A DNA stretch of 64,000 nt. Source: Chrysemys picta bellii. Lineage: Eukaryota. The stretch covers positions 352,222,001 to 352,286,000 of the forward strand of contig NC_088791.1 in assembly GCF_011386835.1 (NCBI RefSeq), written 5' to 3'. Position 1 is the stretch's first letter, and each line of letters starts with the position of its first letter. Below the pieces are notes generated by a model. That model ran no database searches. It was not told the DNA's origin and saw only the letters and a program-made list of their open reading frames with translations. Made by a program: the position numbers and the translations under genes. Below are positions 1 through 7,068 of the stretch, one piece after another.

Positions 1-566
1 ATTTTCGACACAGCCATGTGCTCACAGTACGTGTGGGGGATAATGTGGTTGGCACAGAATGGCTGCCTGTTCAGGAGAAGGGGAATTGGCAGAATTAAGA
101 GAACAGCTCTTGTCAAACCCACAAGCCCTAGCTTAGCTATTCGTGCATTGGTGAGGATGGTGGCATATCTCAGAGGGTTACATATGGCAACATAGCGATC
201 AAAGGCCATTGTCACGAGGACGGCTGAGTGTGTCATAGACCCCGCATGCAGGAAGAACAACTGGGTGAGGCAGCCACCCACAGTAATGCCTTTCAAATTG
301 AACCAAAATATACACAGTGCTTTTGGCACAACAGAGGTAGACATGGTGATGTCTGTGAATGCCAACATGCAGAGCAGCAGATACATCGGCTTGTGCAGGG
401 TTTGCTCTTTCCCTACAACACACAGAACCATGAAATTTCCCAATAGGCCAATAATATAGAACATAGAGAAAGGGATGGAAATCCAGATGTGGGCAGCTTC
501 CAGGCCAGGAATGCCCATTAGGATGAATGTTGAAGGGTCCGAGGGGGTGAGGTTGAAAGCTGCCAT
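1..566 (-). CDS. Class I (OR52-like) olfactory receptor, 5' part (OR-1); 3' end lies outside the window
   Basis: ATG at 566-564. Collinear without indels with 6503-7068. Reads MAAFNLTPSDPSTFIL...LHKPMY...MAFDRYVAICNPLRY...HTYCEHMAV; no stop seen in frame. Absent from the ORF track because it runs off the edge. Confidence 0.93.
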   Translation of the reverse strand, partial: MAAFNLTPSDPSTFILMGIPGLEAAHIWISIPFSMFYIIGLLGNFMVLCVVGKEQTLHKPMYLLLCMLAFTDITMSTSVVPKALCIFWFNLKGITVGGCLTQLFFLHAGSMTHSAVLVTMAFDRYVAICNPLRYATILTNARIAKLGLVGLTRAVLLILPIPLLLNRQPFCANHIIPHTYCEHMAVSK

Positions 567-610
567 GAGGTGGTGGATGTGTCAAACGGGCTCAGAAAGG
601 CTCAAGGTGC

Positions 611-632
611 CTGTGGAGAGAGAGAAGCACAG
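611..632 (-). promoter_or_regulatory. 3' splice acceptor of a 5'UTR intron, 44 nt upstream of the OR ATG (same spacing at 7113, 12966, 28251, 40473)
   Basis: Minus strand reads ctgtgcttctctctctccacAG| (polypyrimidine tract + CAG). The 44-nt spacing to ATG is identical in all five ORs, including the pair sharing only ~70% aa identity. Confidence 0.8.
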
Positions 633-714
633 TGAGGGGTGGTTACACAGTTTTAAAAAAATAATACAGTAAATATTTTATAGTTATAAGCAATATAGAA
701 AGGGGGGTGAGCAG

Positions 715-1740
715 TGAGGTGGTAACCTTTACAGATGGCACCAGATTATGTAGATCATAGTGAAGTCCAAAGAGGTCATCAGCGGGAGCTAACCAAACCA
801 GGTGAATGGTCAGCATGATGGCAGATGAACTTCTATGTCAATAACGGCAACGTGTCCGCCCATTGGAGGGAAAAGCTTGAATTCCTCAAACAGCTTACAA
901 GGTTCTAATTTCACTGTAGGAATGCTGGCGTGGGACCTGGGCATCATGGTTCACAGCTCAGTACAACCCTGCTCACAGTGCAAGCATGGAGAGAAACTAA
1001 GCAAAACATTGGGATCCAGGAGGAGTGGGATGGGGAATCATACAGAAAATAAAGTGTCATGAGATCTGTCAGTCAATGTTTCACCCTCCTCTGGGCTCCT
1101 CTGTGTAGTACTGAGCATCCTTCTTACACAGGATATTGCAGAACTAGAGTGGTCCAGGGAAGGGCAATGTGAATGATCAAAGGCTGGGGGCTCATATGGA
1201 CTGGGACTGGTATTTTCACCTTAGAATGGAAATGAATAAGAGGGGATATGAGAAAAGTGTATAAATTACTGACTGGTAGAGAGTAGCTCTAGAATGTGTT
1301 CTCCCTGACTCATAATACAAAATCAAGAAGATATTCATTCAAGATGAAATGTGGCAAAGTCAGATCAGATAAAAACAAAATGCTTTCTTCACTCACTGCT
1401 TAATTAGACTGAGGAACTCTTTGCCACAAGAGGTAATTGAGGCCACGAGGGAAGCAAGAATTAGGAAGGGTTTGGACATTTCCATGAATAGTGAGACTAT
1501 CCAGTAACAATTGTTACAGCTAAATAAATATTTTGGAAATCCTATAGGCCCACATGTTTCAGGGTAAAATCCAATCTCTAAGGCATTAGGGTAATACCCT
1601 CATGATGGTTTTCCTACCATCCACCTATGGCTGGGTTTCTTCCACCTTGTTCTGCAGCACCTGTGGCTGCCACTGTAAGACAGAGGACACTGGACTATAT
1701 GGACCATAGGTTTGATCCATGATGGAATTGCTATATTGGA
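715..1740 (+). mobile_element. Old CR1 (L3-type) LINE fragment, RT end plus 3'UTR; paralogues at ~13075-14090, ~27100-28145 (-) and ~39230-40375 (-)
   Basis: Degenerate 'FTDGTRL...GEWSA.WQMNF' (cf. KFADDTKL...WQMKFN). CR1 3'UTR-like 'gacactggactatatggaccatagg' near 1690-1715. Confidence 0.7.
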
Positions 1741-1994
1741 TAGGAGCCAAATTAACTTATGGAAACAGACATTATCCTGCTGGGCTATGCCTTTTGCTAA
1801 ACAGAATGGGCACGAAGGGCACATCAGTCTTGGTATTTAGGGCTATGGGTCTGCACCTCTATTACTTCCCTCATTTCTTTTGGTGAGACACTTGCTTGCA
1901 AGCACCCAGCTTTGTCTGAGACATAAGTTACAGGTGTTAACTAACAGGTTTAAGCAGAGACATGTGTCAGCAACTCAGCTGCTAACACTTCTCA

Positions 1995-2640
1995 TGCCTG
2001 AATATTGATTAAATTTGCAGATGACACGGAAATTGTTGAATCATAAATAATGCAGAGGACAGGTCAGTGACTCAGAGCAATCTGGATTGGTTGGTAAACT
2101 AAGTCAAAGCAGACCATGTGTGTTCTAATATAGCTATGTAGATACCTACATCTAGGAACAAAGAATGTAGGCGATGCTAACACGGTGCGGGTCTATCGTG
2201 GGAAGTGCAGTGAATCTGGGCAAGAATTGGGGGCATGAAGGGGAAACTAACTAAACATGAGCTCCCATGTGTGTGACCCTGTGTCCGAAAGAGCGACTGT
2301 GATCCTGGAACAATAACCAGGAGAATCTCAAGGAGAGGTAGGGGAGTTATTTTACGTTTGTATTTGGCACTTGTGTGACTATTGCTGGATCCTGTGTCCA
2401 GTTCTGGTGTCCAGGATTAAAGATGGATGTTGATGCACTGAAGAGGGTTCAGAGAAGAGTCACAAGAATTAGTAAAAGATTGGAAAACCTGCCTTATAGA
2501 GATAGACTTGGTAGCTCAATCTATAAGATGGTTAATGGGTGACTTGATAACGGTCTGTAAGTACATACACAGGGAACAAATATTTAATCATATGCTTTTC
2601 AGGCTACCATAAAGAGGTGTAACAGAATTCAATAGCTGGA
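1995..2640 (+). mobile_element. Old CR1 LINE RT fragment; paralogues at ~7890-8490, ~14360-14975, ~25250-26310 (-), ~36250-37100 (-), ~57060-57580 (-)
   Basis: 'ttaaatttgcagatgacacggaaatt' = KFADDTEI, followed by CR1-like 'gatgttgatgcactgaagagggttcagagaagagtcacaagaa'. Confidence 0.72.
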
Positions 2641-2799
2641 AGTTATGTAAATAACATTTAACAACAACAATTGGAAACACCCAGGCTGCAGTTTTGGTAC
2701 TTGCCAGGGAAAAGATACCCTGAGCCCAAATGCACTCAGGGCTAGGAAAAGTCACAGCGCTGGACCAACAATCGCAAGGTAAAATTTAATTTCAGCATC

Positions 2800-3025
2800 C
2801 TCAACACCCAGCACTGCTCACCTGTCCCTTTATACCCCGGGATTGCACCGACAACACTCAGCGCTACCTGTTTCTCTGTGTAAACCCTCTGCCTGCCCCC
2901 CTACAAACCCCAGCACTGCCTTCCTACCTGTGTACATTCCACAACCCCCATCGCTGCCCATCTGTCCATGTACACCCCCCCATCTGCCCCATAACCAACA
3001 GTGCTGCCCATCTGTCCACGTAGTG
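2800..3025. repeat. Degenerate ~50-bp minisatellite, C-rich on +; copy at ~8655-8880
   Basis: cagcactgc/cagcgctac recurs at 2810 and 2860 (50-bp spacing). Unit is roughly ccccacaacccccagcactgcccgcctgtccatgtacaccccctgcctg. Confidence 0.8.
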
Positions 3026-3323
3026 CAGCCCCTTACAAACCCATACATACTTCCCTGAGGCTGCTTTTTCGTATTGACAATTGCTGATTTTACCAGAAGC
3101 CTTTAATGGGGTTTGTCACGGGAGGAGGGATGGTCTGGATGGGGGACGGTGTCAGAGACAATCTGCTAGAGTGGTCCACATAACATTACAGTCTGACACA
3201 CACCGCTTCCCCAGACCATCCCTCCTCCATGAGCAACCCCACTACAGCTTTCGGATAACATCAGCAATTGCCAGCAGGGAAAAGCAGCCTCAGGAAAGTA
3301 TCTCCAGGTTTCTAACAGGCTGC
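3025..3323. repeat. Imperfect inverted repeat, ~113-bp arms (3025-3138 / 3211-3323); copy at 8878-9176
   Basis: 'cttccctgaggctgcttttt...caattgctgat...gggaggagggatggtctgg' versus 'ccagaccatccctcctcc...atcagcaattg...aaaagcagcctcaggaaag'. Confidence 0.8.
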
Positions 3324-4446
3324 AATATGTTAATGCTGTGTGTCATTTTCAGGAAGGTTTACTCATGCTGGCTCCAGGCCATTGTGATCTGGATACTGTG
3401 CATCATGCTGTCAAGCCTCCCCCGTCCCCACAAACACATTGTGTGTTCCCGGACCTCCTGGTGAGTTTTCCAACATCGCCTGGTTTCCTCTAAACCAGAA
3501 ATATGCTTTTATTTTTACTGCTTTTTGGCCCTCTTGGTGCTTCACAAACTCTGCAACCCAGAGATGCAGGGGCATGCCGAGAGCAGACCTCTCTCCCTCC
3601 CTGAAAAAAAATTGTTATCCTAGTTGTTTTGAACCTTTAAGCCTGTGAGTTTGAGATCTGAGCAACTCTCTTCTCAGTTCGTCTTTGGTCCAAATGAGCT
3701 CACCCGTCCTTAGAGGCCAGAGGATGACTCCAGTTAAAGTCACCGGAGGCTCATTGTTGGTGTAAATGACATCAATTTTGTAAGTCCCTACATGTGGACT
3801 TAGGGTGATCTGAATGGGGCCAAGGTTTCACCCTTAGTGTTTAACTTTTGGCTTCAGATCTTTCTACAGAGAGCGCTATTCTGTAAGGGCGCTGAAAGAG
3901 TCTGAAGGAAACCCCCAGTTTATGTGGCATTCTGATACCAGGCATGAAAGATGGGGATTTAAAAACATGTGGGCCCTGATTTTGCTCTCAGGGAAGCCAG
4001 TGTCAATCTGGAGTGTCCCAGTGAAGGCGGAATGTAAGAGCAGAATCTGGCCAGTGTGTGACCCATTCTTGTTGTGAACCCTCTGCTAACACAGATACCC
4101 ACTGCAGCGGCTCTGGCTATTCTACCTAAAAGCACACTGAAGTTACTGACTTGGAAAACTTGAGCTAACCGGAGGAAAAAAACACACAACCCCCAAAAAG
4201 GAAGCTACTGAGACAGATAGAAGGACACAGTAAGAGACAAAGAACTGATCTTAAAGACAGAGATTTGTCTAGGCTATTTCCAGTACATTTCTAGTTCCAA
4301 TTTTACCAGGTAAATCCCTTGGTGTTTCACACAACACTAAACAGATTGAGTCGCTGTCCTGGTGAATTCCTGCCCAGATGGTTGTTGACATGAACCCTGG
4401 AACTCTTCCTGAGCCCTTTGCACTATATTCAATGCAGAAACAGGCA

Positions 4447-4702
4447 ACTCACCGAAATCCCACTCAGCACAGAGAGGAAATCTCCTTACTGCAACCGGAA
4501 GGCAGAGCCCTGAGAATCAGCGTATGGATCTCGCGTGTCTGATATTCGGTGTGCTGGGCAGTGTCCTTTATAATTCCCCTGAACATTCCCTGCGGACTCT
4601 CAGGTTGGCCAGGACTCCTGGACAATTCCCTTATCTCCGCGAGCATCAGGAAGAGTGGAAAATAGACCCAGTAGAATGTCAGCTTGAGAGCTTCCCCTGC
4701 GA
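4447..4702 (-). promoter_or_regulatory. Candidate promoter / non-coding first exon of OR-1
   Basis: On the minus strand: O/E-like site (TCCCCTGCGA on +, 4693-4702, one mismatch), TATAAA (4572-4567) and donor G|GTGAGT (GT at 4452). The same order recurs in three paralogues. Confidence 0.45.
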
Positions 4703-4869
4703 GTGAAGAAATGATTCGCTGACAGCAGGGACTTCGATTACCAGGGGAAAATGTTTCTTGCAGAATGTTCAGCTTAGTAGCTGATGACGGCTTTCTTTTC
4801 TGTGTGTAATGTACCGCCATCCGCTCTATGTTTGGGAATGCTGCTATGAGATACAGGACCAAAACCCAT

Positions 4870-5150
4870 TTTCAATTTGAAAGGTATTTGCCAGTATCCC
4901 TTTGAGGGGTGTAAAGTGGATATTTATCTGGCAGCTCAAAATTTTCTAATAGTTCTTTTATTTTCTGCATCGGGAAGGCATCACATTTCAATACTGTGTT
5001 CATCTTTCAGAAATCTGTGCAGAAATGGGCTGTGTTATCCTGCATCAGCACTAATACCGTGGTGCTTCTCCACTTACTGTGTGATTTCTTCACCACTCAC
5101 AAGGCCTAAATTATCTGGAGTTCATCTCACATGGTAACCCATGTTTTACG
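4870..5150 (-). mobile_element. Degenerate Gypsy-type reverse transcriptase remnant; copies at ~10730-11000, ~17395-17830 (-), ~20910-21370 (+), ~32362-32530 (+)
   Basis: With frameshifts it reads SEWRSTTVLV...FCTDF*KMN...DAFPMQKIKELLE...ISTL...KGYWQIP, matching the Gypsy RT PMPRVDELL...STLDLTKGYWQIPL motif. Confidence 0.75.
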
Positions 5151-5199
5151 AGGGAACAGCCACAGAGTTTGCCTCATGTGTTGCCCTGGGGCCATTCTT

Positions 5200-5711
5200 A
5201 CGGAATTAGACTCAGACTTGCATGTTTTATTTTATTTTACTTAGCAATTCACTTTGTTCTGTCTGTTACTACTTGATACCACTTAAATCCTACTTTCTGT
5301 AAAATCACTTTTTACTTATTAATTAACTCAGAGTATGTATTAATACCTGGGTGGGGGGGACAAACAGCTGTGCATATTTCTCTATCAGTGTTATAGAGGG
5401 CGAACAATTTATGAGTTTACCATGTATATGCTTTATACAGCGTAAAACAGATTTATTTGGGGTTTGGATCCCATTGGGAGTTGGGCATCTCAGTGTTAAA
5501 GACAGGAACACTTCTTAAGTTGCTTTCAGTTAAGTCTGCAGCTTTGGGGCACGTGGTTCAGACACTGGGTCTGTGTTGGATGAGATCGGCGTGTCTTGCT
5601 CAACAAGACAGGGTGCTAGAGTCCCAAGCTGGCAGGGAAAGCAGGGGCATAAGTAGTCTTGGCACATCAGTTGACAACCCTAAGGGGGTTTCTGTGATCC
5701 AACCCATCACA
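5200..5711 (+). mobile_element. 5'-truncated LTR (Gypsy-type solo-LTR remnant)
   Basis: Ends in '...gggggtttctgtgatccaacccatcaCA', a typical turtle LTR 3' terminus. Absent from the 3' flanks of the plus-strand ORs. Confidence 0.7.
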
Positions 5712-6129
5712 ACCGGAATACGGCATAGATGATAAAGAAGTTCAGCATTATAGTTTCTTTCCTTGTCTTTGGTTATCGAAAATGTAGCTTCAGTTCGTTG
5801 AACAAATCAAGAAACTTGTTCACACAGGATCCACCTTGTGTCAGAAAGCTGCAGTATCTTCTGGTGGTCTGGAAGTAATGGAAAGGCGGAGTGACATGGC
5901 TTCCAGGGGTGGGGGAGAGATCAGATGACAGTCAGAGAGAGGGATCTCAGCAATGGAGAAAGCAGTGCTTGGTGATGGAGTGATAAGACACTAAGTGTGA
6001 GGAACTTCTCATACTGTGCACTTCCGCAATGCTGAGCTCAGCCAAACGGGGACACAGCACCCTTGATTAAGGAGGAGCTATTCTTTCCCCCTCTTGTCAC
6101 ACAGGTTTAAAGTTAGTGGTCCCAGGCGA

Positions 6130-7068
6130 TCATATTCTGCAGGGGCATTTGCCCACTTTGTCACGAAGCTCTTTGGTTTTGACTCCATAAATGATAGGGT
6201 TGAGCATGGGGGAGATGAGGAAATAGAGGTTGGCCAAGATGATGTGAACATGGGGAGCGATGCCCTGACCAAACCTGTGTGTCAGAGTGGTGAAGAGGAA
6301 GGGAGTATAAGTTGTCAGCATCACACAGATGTGGGCTGTGCAGGTGTTGATGGCTTTCTGGTGGGCTTCCTTATGGGAGATTTTAAGGATGGCCCTGATG
6401 ATCAGACCGTAGGAGAGGGCAATGAGCGTCAGGTCTAACCCCATGACTACAAATGTTATCACCAAGCCGTACGTCCTGTTGAGTGTGGTGTCCCCACATG
6501 ACATTTTCGACACAGCCATGTGCTCACAGTACGTGTGGGGGATAATGTGATTGGCACAGAATGACAGCCTGCTCAGGAGAAGGGGAATTGGCAGAACGAG
6601 GAGAACAGCTCTCATCAAACCCACTAGCCCTAGCTTAGCTATCCGTGTGTTGGTGAGGATGGTGGTATATCTCAGAGGGTTACATATGGCAACATAGCGA
6701 TCAAAGGCCATTGTCACGAGGACAGCTGAGTGTGTCATAGACCCCGCATTCAGGAAGAACAACTGGGTGAGGCAGCCACCCACAGTAATGCCTTTCAAAT
6801 TGAACCAAAATATACACAGTGCCTTTGGCACGACAGAGGTAGACATGGTGATGTCTGTGAATGCCAACATGCAGAGCAGCAGATACATCGGCTTGTGCAG
6901 GGTTTGCTCTTTCCCTACAACATACAGAACCATGAAATTTCCCAATAGGCCAATAATATAGAACATAGAGAAAGGGATGGAAATCCAGATGTGGGCAGCT
7001 TCCAGGCCAGGCATGCCCGTTAGGATGAATGTTGAAGGGTCAGAGGGGGTGAGGTTGAAAGCTACCAT
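6130..7068 (-). CDS. Class I (OR52-like) olfactory receptor OR-2, intact, 312 aa
   Basis: N-glycosylation NLT, GN (TM1), LHKPMY, MAFDRYVAICNPLRY, HTYCEHM, KAINTCTAH, THRFG, PMLNPIIYGVKTKELR. Confidence 0.97.
   Translation of the reverse strand: MVAFNLTPSDPSTFILTGMPGLEAAHIWISIPFSMFYIIGLLGNFMVLYVVGKEQTLHKPMYLLLCMLAFTDITMSTSVVPKALCIFWFNLKGITVGGCLTQLFFLNAGSMTHSAVLVTMAFDRYVAICNPLRYTTILTNTRIAKLGLVGLMRAVLLVLPIPLLLSRLSFCANHIIPHTYCEHMAVSKMSCGDTTLNRTYGLVITFVVMGLDLTLIALSYGLIIRAILKISHKEAHQKAINTCTAHICVMLTTYTPFLFTTLTHRFGQGIAPHVHIILANLYFLISPMLNPIIYGVKTKELRDKVGKCPCRI

Noticed and set aside
1745-1990. Non-repeat block shared by six paralogues as a possible extra 5'UTR exon
   Set aside because: It has a conserved TCTCAG but no convincing donor, and shared ancestry by duplication explains its presence.
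4464-4862. ORFs open on both strands in several paralogues; the plus frame includes LQTLRLARN (LxxLxLxxN) in the 32.7-kb copy
   Set aside because: A single LRR-like match, with differing lengths, indels and no recognisable domain. It overlaps the candidate promoter block. BLASTX or HMMER with no hit would settle it; I do not call it a gene.
6094-6961. Plus-strand ORFs overlapping OR-2, and the equivalent shadow ORFs on OR-1, -3, -4 and -5
   Set aside because: Antisense or alternate-frame shadows of the OR CDS; they recur only because the OR genes are duplicated.
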